64,000 nt of DNA from Callorhinchus milii (taxonomy: Eukaryota): NCBI RefSeq assembly GCF_018977255.1, contig NW_024704743.1:8186001-8250000 (forward strand). Reading direction: 5' to 3'. The notes under the pieces are model-generated. The model had not been told where the DNA came from, did no database searches, and saw only the letters and a list, made by a program, of their open reading frames with translations. Positions 25,449 to 36,470 of this stretch are shown here, piece after piece. The translations under genes and the position numbers were made by a program. Numbering within the stretch: position 1 is the stretch's first letter; every line of letters begins with the position of its first letter.

Positions 25449-26281
25449 AATGCCTTTCATATTGGGAAAACAACGCTCAAAGCGCTCGCAGAATACACTG
25501 TAATGTGGAGGGACTGTGTATTTTGTAGGTGAATTTAGCAGCTAATTTGTGCACAGCAAAACCCCTATGAAGTAAATAATTTTATTTGGGGGATTGGTGG
25601 CCAGGGATGGGAAGGAACTCCCTTGTCTTATTGAATAATGCTATGAGATCTTTAATGTCCCCCTAAATAGGCAGTTTAACATCTCACCTGAAAGACAGCA
25701 GTGACCTCCAACAATGCAGCACATCCCAGCACTGCTTTAGAGTGTCACCCTATATGAGTTCAAAGTCTAGACATGGGGCTTGATCCTAGAATCATAGAAT
25801 CCTACAACACAGAAAGAGGCCATTCGGCCCATTGTGCCTGTGCCGGGTCTTTGAAAGAGCTATCCAATTAGCTCAACTAATTAGCTTTTTCCCCAAGTAT
25901 ATATCCAATTCCCTTTTGAAAATTACTACAGAATCCTACAACCTTCTAGATCTCAGAGATGACAATGCAACCAACTAAGGCATACTGACACCTAAGGCAT
26001 AACAATACGCATGTTATTGAGAGGGTAAATGCCGCGCTCGCTTACAAATATACAGTCACTGCACTTTACAGTAAAACTTGTGAAGCACTTTGAAACATTT
26101 GAATGACTTGATAAGGTGTGGTATCAAATGCAAGGCTTACTGTTAATATCACCTTCTATTATTCCCACGAAGAGAGAACAGATGATCGAGCTGTTCCAAG
26201 ATCTATACCATTGTTGGTCTGAAGATGATCACTGGAGATTTACAAGAACAACCTAGCATCCCCTCCTAGTCCGCTTCATCC

Positions 26282-26570
26282 CGATTCCCGGCAGGGCAAA
26301 ACGTTAGGCAAGTTTCCTTATTCCATACGTCTATGTTTACCTAGCAGTAAGTAGGAACCCTGTTGTTAGTCAATTGGCAGATCGCTTTCCGGGGGTAATA
26401 ATCCCTTCACAAAAAATAATAATTTGGTCACTGTTCGTGGGCCACTGCTGTGTGCAATTCGCCCACAAAATAAACAGTCAATTCACTTAAACAGTATAGT
26501 TTGTGAAGCGCTTTGAGACGTCTCACCGAAGTGATAAGGCGCTATATCAAATGCAAGGATTATTTTTATT
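26282..26570 (+). mobile_element. tRNA-headed SINE, long subfamily, 5'-truncated
   Basis: Starts in the B box (CGATTCCCGGCAGGGC) and runs to the tail. Confidence 0.82.
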
Positions 26571-27464
26571 AGGGCGCTAATGATGAGTGTCACCTTCCAC
26601 AGGGCTGTGTGAGTGGAGGTCAGACTTGCCTTTGCCATTGGGAGCAGTCCTTATCCTTGTGATTAATCCTTTATGGTTTCTCCATCCTGTGTGTTATCCC
26701 TGAAAGGATCAGGTTGTTGTTATACAATCTGTGCCTTTAATGCCTGCCACCACTGGATCCACTTCCAATCCTCCCCCGCCCTCTCGCCCAGCAGGTTACT
26801 CGTTTTTTATGTCTTAAACAAGTTGATTTAAGGTCTGCCTGAAATATAAGAATAATTCACTATTTCTCCTCTTTGAGAAAATGTATTTACCTACTAATCA
26901 ATTGTTACTGTTTCATATTCAAAAGCATAATCTACAGAACGGCCACAATTTATGAACAATCACTCAGATAAAGTGAGAGAGGATTTGGGAGATTTATAAA
27001 TAATGAATACTTGTTACAAATTAGCTGCAATGATTAAAGTACCTAATGCAAGCTATATAAATGGTAATAGCATTCTTTCTGAAGGTTAAGATGAATTGCA
27101 GGTTGTCTTCTTCATTAAGAACACAGCACTCAGCCGAAACTCACAGTATAATACAACAGCAACTTTCATTTATATATAAGTGCCTTTCACATAATATCAA
27201 TAAATACCAACTAAAATGTGCACTATTTAAAGTCAACCTTTGGGGAGAGTAACCAGAAACAGGAATCTTTAATTGTGTTGCCTTCTGAAAGGAATCTCAT
27301 TTCAGGCACAATGAATCTGAGTCAGAGGTTTTGGGTTCATCGGGAATTTGACCTCACAGTCTCGGCTGACACTCCAAAGCAGAGCTGGGGGTGTGCTGCA
27401 TTGTTGGAGTTGCCATCCTTTAAGTTAGACATTAAACCTGCCTGTTCAGGTGGATGTTAAAGAT

Positions 27465-27817
27465 AATAATAATAATCCTTGCATTTGATATAGCGCCTTA
27501 TCACGTCTTTGAGATATCTCAAAGCCCTTCACAGAATATACTGTAAAGTGAATTGACTGTACATTTTGTGGGCAAAACACGGCAGCCAATTGCACACAGC
27601 AGGGTCCCACAAGTATTTGTGGATTTGTTTTAAGGGATTATTAACCCTGGAAAAGCAATCCGCCAATTGACTAACAACCAGGTTCCTACTTACTGCTACG
27701 TAAACAACAGCGTGTGGAGTAAGGAAACTTGGCTAACATTTCGTACTGCCAGGAATCACACTCAGGTCCTCTCGCTTGCGAGGCAAGTGCTCTAACCAAT
27801 ACGCTAAAGGACTCCAC
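27465..27817 (-). mobile_element. Long-subfamily SINE inserted in an older SINE (host ~27320-27950)
   Basis: TSD AAAGAT at 27459-27464 and 27818-27823, splitting the host GTTAAAGATCCCATG. Confidence 0.85.
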
Positions 27818-28609
27818 AAAGATCCCATGCCAGTATTCGGAAAGAGAAGGGAGTTTCTCCCAGGTGTCTGGCTAATAATCCCACAGACCCGGGAAGCACT
27901 TTGAGACATGCCGAAGGTTCTGTATCAAATGCAAGTATTATTATTATTAACTGCTGTTTGATGAACCATCCTGCCAGCTGGCCAACAGAAGACTCAAAGG
28001 AGGTCTGAAGGTCTGATTGATGATGGATATCCCTGTGCTGCAGAGTCTGTCGGGTAACAAACCAGGGCAGTCAGCAGATTGGCAAGAGAACCAGACTGCT
28101 AGGCCAACTATAGGCAGGAAATTTGCGTGCTGTGATACAAGGACGTAAAATTCTTTCACATTTGGTTGAAGCCAGTCTGCATAATGTGAAAAAATCTTTA
28201 TTCCTGTGAACTCTCAAGCACTTCCTTTCTTCTGCTGACTTAAACCATGGGGTCAGGCAAAGGTCAAGCAACATCTGGGGCTACTGTGTCCACAAGGACA
28301 GCCCTATTGATTTGTAAAGTAAACCAATAGATGATCTTCTAAGATAGAGATATCCTTCCAGGCTTCAGTTTATGTCAACTGTCTGTCAGATGTTCCGGCC
28401 CCGAAGTTGGATACCTCGCCCTTCCCCCCCTCCCCATTTTGCTCTTCAAATAGAGTTGCAAGATGTTTCTTGATAAGGATGAAACATTTGTGCAAAAAAA
28501 ATACTGTATATGACTTTCAAAATTTCACTTTGATTAGATAAAGATTTTTTTTAAAAACAAGAGCTTGTACTTATACGGCGTCCTTTTTTTAGGGAGACAA
28601 TCAGGAGGA

Positions 28610-28865
28610 CCTTGGTCTTGTTGGCGTTCAACTGGAAAAAGTTAGCTCTCTTCCAGGACAATCTGTCAGGACAGTAGTGGTCCTGGAGTTCAGGGTGAAG
28701 GCAGAGAGATAGAGTGGTGTCTCATCTGCATACAGGTGGAATTTAACCCCATGTCTGGGGATGGCATGACCAAGTGGGAGCATATAGATATGAATGAGGA
28801 GAGGAGCAAGTACAGAACCCTGAGGAATGCCACATGTCACAGTACAAGGGCAGAAGAAGATGAAG
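28610..28865 (-). mobile_element. L2 LINE RT core fragment
   Basis: GIPQGSVLAPLLIHIYM...FHLYADETPLY. Confidence 0.82.
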
Positions 28866-29419
28866 AGGAGCACTGAACATTAGTACAAAGCATAGACCCC
28901 AGAGCATACAGCTGGCCCTGTTATTTTGGTCTGTAAAATGAGAGCCTATGTTATAATGGTTTGTGGAAAAAAAGGCATCAGGATCTGCCTCTGATGTGAA
29001 CTGATTGGTTTCCTGCATCCTGAGCATCTGCAGAGGAAGCTGGACATGAACAGCAATTACCAAGGTTGACAAGACATCTGCATTAAATAGATAAAAAGAA
29101 ATAATCGTTACATTTGGTTTAGTGCCTTTCACATCAGGGGACATCTCAAAGTGCTTCACAGGATATACTTTGAAATGTAATGACTGTGTATTTTGTAGAC
29201 AAATGCAGCAGTCAATTTGTGCATAGAAATGTCAAGTCAAATAGCGGTGGGTTTAACATCCCATCTGAATGACGGTTCCTTTGAGAATGCAGCACACACT
29301 GAAGTGTGAGCCAAGGCTATGTGAGTTCAAATCCCGAAGTGGGATTTGAAGCCACAAATTTCTGAATCAGAAGCGAGAGTGCTACTGAGTGAGCCAAGCT
29401 GACACACATTATTAGAGGA

Positions 29420-30160
29420 CTTGCACTCCAGCGAGTCACTTTATAAACGTAACCAGGTGGAGGCGGGAGGAGAAACCGTTCAAAGAGACAAAGTGAAGGT
29501 GGTTTGTAATGTAGGACATGAACCAAGCTCGTGCACTCCCACCGAGGTAGATGAGGATGGCGTGGTCAACTGTGTCGAATGCAGTGGAAAGGTCCAGGGG
29601 GGGCGAGGAGGCAGGGGGAGCCCTGGTCAGAGAGAAAGAGGACGTCATTTGTGACCTTGACAAACGCCGTCTTTGTGCTATGGGCAAGGCGGAAACCAGA
29701 TTGGAGAAGCTCGAGGAGGGACTGGAGGGAGACATGAGAACAAAGCTGGCTAGTGACAACATGTTCCAGAGCTTTGAAGAGGAAGAGCAGGATGTAAATG
29801 GGATGGTAATTTGTGAGCTTGGAGGGGTCAAAGGAGAGTTTTTTTGAGGAAGGGAGTAATGACAGTGGTTTAAAGGGGGAGAGAACAGAACCTGAGGAGA
29901 GCGACTAATTGACTGTGTCAGCCAGCAGCGGGGAGAGGAGGGGGAGTTAGGTGACCAGCATCTGGATAGGGAAAGTGTCAAGGTAGTAGTTGGTGGGCTT
30001 CATCTGAGAGATGGTGGTTGAGGGGTGGTGTGAGTAATTGGGCAAAGGAGTGTCGGGAGGGGGGAGTGGTAGGGGCCGTGCTGGAAGGAGGGGATGGGGT
30101 AGACAGTCTGGTGAGTGTGGAAGGGAACGTGGGGAAGGAAGATCCAGCCAAGTGGATATT
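29420..30160 (-). mobile_element. L2 LINE internal RT fragment
   Basis: LDLSTAFDTVDHAIL motif on the minus strand. Confidence 0.82.
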
Positions 30161-30704
30161 TTCAATCTTTGACACAAAAACGTCTAGGACCTCTTTGCAT
30201 TTGGCGATTGACGCACTTCATACTCTGGAACTTTGCTCAGGCATTTCCTTTTTGAATTATTAGTTTTTTATTCTTAATGTAACAGAAAATGTACATAAAG
30301 AAATATTAGACACGTGCATTAATATTTGACTCCTAACAATATAACAAATAAATTCTCTGAATTTCAATGAATCTTAAGGTTGTTTTGAAAACATATTTTT
30401 CTGATCAATTCAATTGTACACATGTAAATTGTGTCAAATTCTAGAAATTGGTTTCCCTTCCTGCAGAATGGTTATGGAGTTTGATTCATAAATCAGGACG
30501 TGCATTATTTGTTGATGAGAATGTGGAACAGCTGCCTACCATTTCTCTAACACTTTCTCCTCCAATAGCTTATTTCACAAGCAAATTTGTGCCTCCTGGC
30601 TCAGTCCTCAAGAGCACAAGGTCAGTTTGGATAAAGAAGCCACTTTGGCCCGTCTGATCTCTTCTTTCCATAATATTCTCCCTCCCATCTTCCCATCACA
30701 GTAT

Positions 30705-31074
30705 CATAATAAATAATCCTCGGACTTGATAAAGCACCTTATTATGTCGGAAGAACAGGAGTAATTGTGAAATGGAGTGACTGTGTATTTGTAGGCAAAC
30801 ATTGCAGCACAATTGCACACATCAATGTCACACAAACAGCCACTTTTGAAGTCAATTGCGCATAGCAGTGTCCCACAAACAATCGTGTATTGAGTGACCA
30901 ATTTTTTTGGGGGGGAGAGATTATTACCCCTGGAAAACCAAACAATTTATTGCCAGGTAAACAGAAGCGTGTGGAATAAGGAAACTTGCGTGAGGTTTTG
31001 CCCTGTCCCTGAATCGAATCTGGGTCTTCCTGCTTGCGAGGTGAGTGCTCTAACCAATACGGTAAGGAACTCCA
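30705..31074 (-). mobile_element. tRNA-headed SINE, long subfamily, with partly duplicated body
   Basis: Head at 31010-31074; the CACAAACA body segment occurs twice. Confidence 0.75.
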
Positions 31075-32374
31075 TATCGTAAACAACTCGTAACTGGAGT
31101 TGCTTACAATATCTTAACTGTTTATAGTAATATGAGGGTGGGGAAGAGTTGTTGACATGCGTGTACAGCCTTAAACTGATACTCCTGATGGTAAAACACG
31201 GGGGATGAAAACTCAATATTTGTGGTTTGAGTTACTAGTTGAGATTTCTAGTCTGAAAGATTTAGAGTACTCCAGAGTAGAACAGCAGACCTGCCTGGCT
31301 CAGGAACTGGACTACCGAGAAGGTTGACTGAAATCTGATATTCCGGAGGCAAAAGTTCTACAAGCTGACACACACTCATCACTTCACAATAAATAAAAAA
31401 AGTCTCATCAATGACTTTTCATTGCTACTTTTACGTCAGGCAGTTAAAAACGTCCTCCTGTCAAATCGTTCATTTGCCATTTACGCAGATCACACAGGCA
31501 ATGAAAAAAAGGCAAACGTACAGTTACTAAAGGGAAACAATTCAACTGCAAAGGCAATTATCTAACAAGGTTACATCCTGCAATTTGCAATCCTCCTGCT
31601 TTTGGGGGACATTGAGAGTTGCTGACCATCTGCTTTGAAACCAAAGCCTTGTTAGATGCTTAAGCTGGCACTAACACAAGACACTTTATTTACTGGCAGT
31701 GAACCAGCACATTTTATGACTGATTTACGTTCTAATCGAAGCAAAGAGATAGCTTCACATGAGCAAAAGTAGCTAGTTGCCTCCTACTTCTACCTGCTCA
31801 CTGGGAATCCATTCAACCTGATTGATTTTAAGGAGTCGTATTGGCTGCATGTTAAATTATGGGGACCTTTCCTTCCAGGGCTGTCTTGTAATGTGCCGCA
31901 GTCCTTCAAGTCACATTCTTCTTCCCACACATAAAATAGATGCTGCACGGTAGCTGTGGAATATATTATCCTATTCAAGTCAAGCCTGAGGGGAAGCAGT
32001 CATAAATCTATCGACCTACACCTATTGGAAAGTTCAAAAGAGAGTTACAATTCAGATTAAAACACACTGCTGCATTGTCACAAGTTCCCTCTTTCAGATG
32101 AGTTGTTTAACCAAGATCCTGCCTGCCTGTTTGCCTGTTGTTCAGGTGGACATTAAAGATCCCGTGAGACTATTTAAAAAGGGTGTTTTCTCCTTTTATT
32201 TGGATTAATAATCCTTCAGGTTAATTAGTGTTTCAGCTCCTGCTGTTTGGGGGACCTTCCTTTGTGGAAAATGATGGCTACATTTGCTTGTAAAAATTGT
32301 GTCACTATGTTTGACAGCAATTACTGGAAAGCACTTTGAGACATTCAAAGTAATGAGATACTGTAAAATGCAAG

Positions 32375-32500
32375 TTTGTTTGTTCCTTTCTTTTTTCTTT
32401 TCTCCCTTTCTCTTTCTTTAGCTCTCTTTCTCGCTTTTTTTTTATCTCTCTCGTTCTCTTTTTCTTTGTTTCTCCCTTTCTCTCTCTCTTTTTCTCTCTT
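32375..32500 (+). repeat. Polypyrimidine CT-rich low-complexity tract
   Basis: Almost only C and T for ~125 bp, following a SINE tail. Confidence 0.85.
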
Positions 32501-33289
32501 TGATCCCATATTCATTCCTTCAATCGGTCTGTAATCACAACACCCAAAAGAATCAGAATGATTGAGCCTGCCGTTATCACTAGACTCCCAAGAGGTATTC
32601 CTGAGTAAATCATTTCTTTTAAATTCTGTTCATGGAAAATGCAGTGGATAAAAAAATGTCTCACTTTCACAAGGAACATAAATCTAATGACCTGACTGAG
32701 GCAAAACCTTGTCGGCATAGCTTGCCAGGTTGCTCTGGTTTGGGCTGTATTCTGACTCTTATTGCCTACTATCTGAGTTAGTGATTTTATGTCCATTAGG
32801 AGAGGTGGAGAACGGAAAGGATCTGGGTGCAATTACTGATCATTTACTGTCGGTTTCCAGTCAATGTGGAGCTCCTACCCACAAAGCTAATAGAATACAA
32901 GGTTACATCTCAAGGACATTTAACTGTAATGTTAATAAGATTTCTAGCCTTGTACAGATGACTGCTGAGGCCACCTATGGAATACCGAGGTCAAGCTTGC
33001 AGCCCACAGGCTATTTATCATGTTTAATGTGCTGGAGGGTGGATAGCAATACCACCCCATCCCCCGTCTCCCCAAAGCCAGCAACAAAGTGGTGTCTGCA
33101 AAACCGTCGGCCTTGTGGATCACAGCCTTCACTGCCGATCAAACATTGTAGAGAACGGAAAACTCCCAAATTCAGTAATAATAAATAGCCTTGTGTCATT
33201 CCACACATTTTTAATGTGGGACTTTTTCTGAAGAGTAAATGAAAATGCAACAATAACAATAATTCATGTGAATTAAAATGACCCTTTAT

Positions 33290-33392
33290 GTTCTGACAAA
33301 GGGCCATGGACCCGAAATGTTGACTCACTTTCCTTTCTCCATCGATGCTGCCTGACCTGCTGAGTGTTCCCAGTGACTTCTGTTTTTATTTT
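33290..33392 (+). mobile_element. Penelope-like terminal fragment with decayed hammerhead (G8A)
   Basis: CTGACAA agggcc atg gaccc GAAAT GTT gact, then GATGCTGCCTGACCTGCTGAGTGTTCCCAGTGACTTCTGTTTT identical to the 39953 copy. Confidence 0.7.
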
Positions 33393-33424
33393 ACAATAAC
33401 TCATGTATTTGGTATAACGTATTA

Positions 33425-33930
33425 TGAAGGATGTCAAGACCTTTGAGAGGGTGCAGAAGAGATTTACCAGAATGGTACCAGGTTATGACAGACTTCAGCT
33501 ATATGGAGAGACGAGAGAAGCTGGGATTATTCTCCTTAGAGCAGAGGTTAAGGGGAGATTTAATAGAGGTGTTCAAAATTATGAGGAGTTTTGATAGGGT
33601 GAACAGGAAGAAACTGCTTCCTCTGGAGGGTGAGTCGGTAACCAGAGGACACAGTTTTAAGATAATTGGCAAAAGAACCAGAGGGAAAACAAGGGGAATT
33701 TTTTTTAATGCAGCAAGTTGTTACGATTTGGAAGGCACTGCCTGAAAGGGTAGTGGAGGCAGATTCAATAATAACTTTCGAGAAGGGAATTGGATATATA
33801 CTTGAGAAGAAAAATGTTGCAAAGCCATGGGGAAAGAGTTGGGGAGTGGGACTAATTAGATAACTCTTTCAAAGAGCAGATGCAGGCACGAGGGGCTGAA
33901 TGGCCTTCTGTGCTGTAAGATTCTATGATT
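33425..33930 (+). mobile_element. CR1 LINE 3' end
   Basis: LGLFSLEQRLRGDLIEVFKIM...TRGHSFKI; ends ATTCTATGATT. Confidence 0.9.
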
Positions 33931-34146
33931 ATCATGTCATCAAGACATATCAAACTCCAAAATTGGAGTGTCAGAGTTCAAAGTCCTGACGTGAGGCTGG
34001 AACCCACAGTCTTCTGCCTCAGAGGCGAGAGTGCTACCAACTGCACCAAGGTAATAGTAATACGGTAACGCTTACATAAGCCGTATCAGTCAGGGCCATA
34101 AAATTGAATATGACTTATGTGAAGTCAGAGTTGCAGGCAACCTACA

Positions 34147-35036
34147 TCATAGAATCATACAATTATACAGCAAAGAAGGAGGCCATTCGGCCCATCGTGT
34201 CTGTGTCGGCTCTTTGAAAAGAGCTATCCAATTCAATTCCACTCCCCCGCTCTAATAATAATAATAATAATCCTTGCATTTGATATAGCGCTTTTCACGT
34301 CGGGAGGACGTCCCAAAGCGCTTCACAGAATATACTGTAAAGTGAATTGACTGTATATTTGTGGGCGAACGCGGCAGCCAATTGTGCACAGCAATGTCCC
34401 ACAAACAGTCGTAGATTAAAAATAACCAATTTATTATTGTTTTGGTTTTGGAGGGATTATTATTAGGCTCTGTGTGGAGTAAGGAAACTTGCCCAAGGTT
34501 TCGCCCTCTGCCTGGAATTGAACTCAGGTCTCTCACTTGCAAAGCGAGTGCTCTAACCACTGAGCTACAGGACTCCACTGAGCTCTCTCCCCATAGCCCT
34601 TCAAACTTGTCCTTCTCAAATAATTATCTACTTTTCTTTTAAAAGTTGTTATCGAATCGGCTTCCACCACACTTTCAGACAATGCATTCCAGATCCGAGC
34701 AACTCGCTGTGGAAAAAAAATTCTCCTCACTTCCCCTCTGTTTCTTTTAACAACTATTTATAAATCAGTAAAAACTATTTTAAATGGGTTACCGACCCAT
34801 TCTTCCTAAAGTGTGGTACCCAGAGGGATGTCAAAGCATTGGAAAGGGTGTAAAGCAGATTTACAGCTACTCCACTACTCAGAGTTCTACCAGGAATGAG
34901 GCACTTCAGTTATGAGGGATAGGCTAGAGAAGCTAGAATTATTCTCCTTGGAGTAGAGAAGGTTAAGAGGAGACTTAATAGAAGTTTTCAAAATTATGAA
35001 GGGATTCGATAGGGTGAACAAGAAGAAACTATTTCC
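34147..35036 (-). mobile_element. CR1 3' end with an inverted upstream segment (34825-35036) and a SINE insertion
   Basis: Compared by eye with the collinear CR1 at 16000-16560. Confidence 0.8.
34253..34578 (-). mobile_element. Young SINE, short subfamily, inserted in a CR1
   Basis: Near-identical reverse complement of 60493-60810; the CR1 continues on both sides. Confidence 0.9.
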
Positions 35037-35805
35037 GTATAAGTCAAATAAAATCCAATTTTAAAAATATAATAATAATAATCCTTGCATTTGATAGCGT
35101 CTTGTCATGTCTTTGAGATGTCACAAAGCTCTTCACAGAATATACTGTAAAGTGAATTGACTGCATATTTTATGGACAAAATGCGGCAGCCAATTGCACA
35201 CAGCAGTATCCCACATGTAATTAATAATCTACATTGGGTTGGTGTAATTCAATTCAGCCGTAAGTGCGCATGCGGTAGTTCGTCACTGCAGTCGGTAAGA
35301 GTACATGCGACGACAGATCAGGATAACATTTCCCGTGATTCAATGCAGCTGGTAAGTGCGGGAGTAGTAGAGGTACTGACTGAGAACTTGTGAATTTGCT
35401 TCACCAAATATACCTTGCAGATATTGTACTGTGTCTGGTCTGCTTCTCCTTGACGAAGGGTTCTATCTATATTGCAGACAAATTACTATTCTGCATTGGT
35501 AATCTTCAGGTGCCTTTTCAGCACACCACACCAGCTTGTGTAACTATTAGGGCTAATAGAAAAATTTCCCTAAACAGCTGCTGTGGGAATACTGTGCTGG
35601 AAGTCAGTCCACTGTGGATGGTGATGATGAACTTCTTGCTGTGAAATTCACAAATTCTGCTGACAACTCTTACCATATGGATATAACTGAGAGGAGCTCA
35701 GGAGCTTTAGACATGTACAGCCCAATTGCCGTGCTTTGTGGTTAGTCAGCTCGGTGTCTGACACAGAGATCCATCATAATACTAAAATACTAAATGGTCG
35801 ACTGT

Positions 35806-36176
35806 GTGGAGTCCTGTAGCTCAGTGGTTAGCGCACTCACCTCACAAATGAGAGACCTGGGTTTGATTCCAGGCAAGGTGAAATGTTGGGCAAGTTTCCT
35901 TACTCCACACGCCTCTGTTTACTAGCATATAGTACATAGGTACATGGTTGTTAGTTGATTGGTGGATCGCTTTTCCAGGGGTAATAATTGCTTTAAAAAA
36001 AACTGCTTACCGAATCAACGACTGTTTATGGGACACTGCTGTGCACAATTGGCTGCCACATGTTGTCCACAAAATATAGTCAATTCACTTTACAGTATAT
36101 TCTGTGAAGCGTTTTGAGACATCTCAAAGATGTGATAAGACGTTATATCAAATGCAAGGATTATTATTTATTATTA
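35806..36176 (+). mobile_element. tRNA-headed SINE, long subfamily, full length
   Basis: GTGGAGTCCTGTAGCTCAGTGG start through the (ATT)n tail. Confidence 0.87.
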
Positions 36177-36249
36177 TCATGCCTAAGAGTCTCCAAACCA
36201 AACTACTGAAAGTTCCACATATGAATATTTTTAGTTTGTCTGCTATGAT

Positions 36250-36470
36250 CGAAGAGACCACCCTGTTTACCGAATCCCAGATTGTTTAGGGATACATTGG
36301 CAAGAGGCGGTGTTGGAAAACCCCATAGAGTGCTTTAGGTTTAACCAGCTACAAAGTTTAACCAGTCTACAGAGTGCTGGCAAACTCCCATTGCTTGAAC
36401 AGCCAGGACCGCACTACCCATTAGGGCTTTGGCTTACAGGGATAACAGGCTTTGAGTGGGATGATTCTAA
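36250..36470 (-). mobile_element. Family X diverged internal fragment
   Basis: TTGGCAAGAG...CCATTAGGGCTTTGGCTTACAGG...TGAGTGGGATGA collinear with 13130-13320. Confidence 0.6.
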
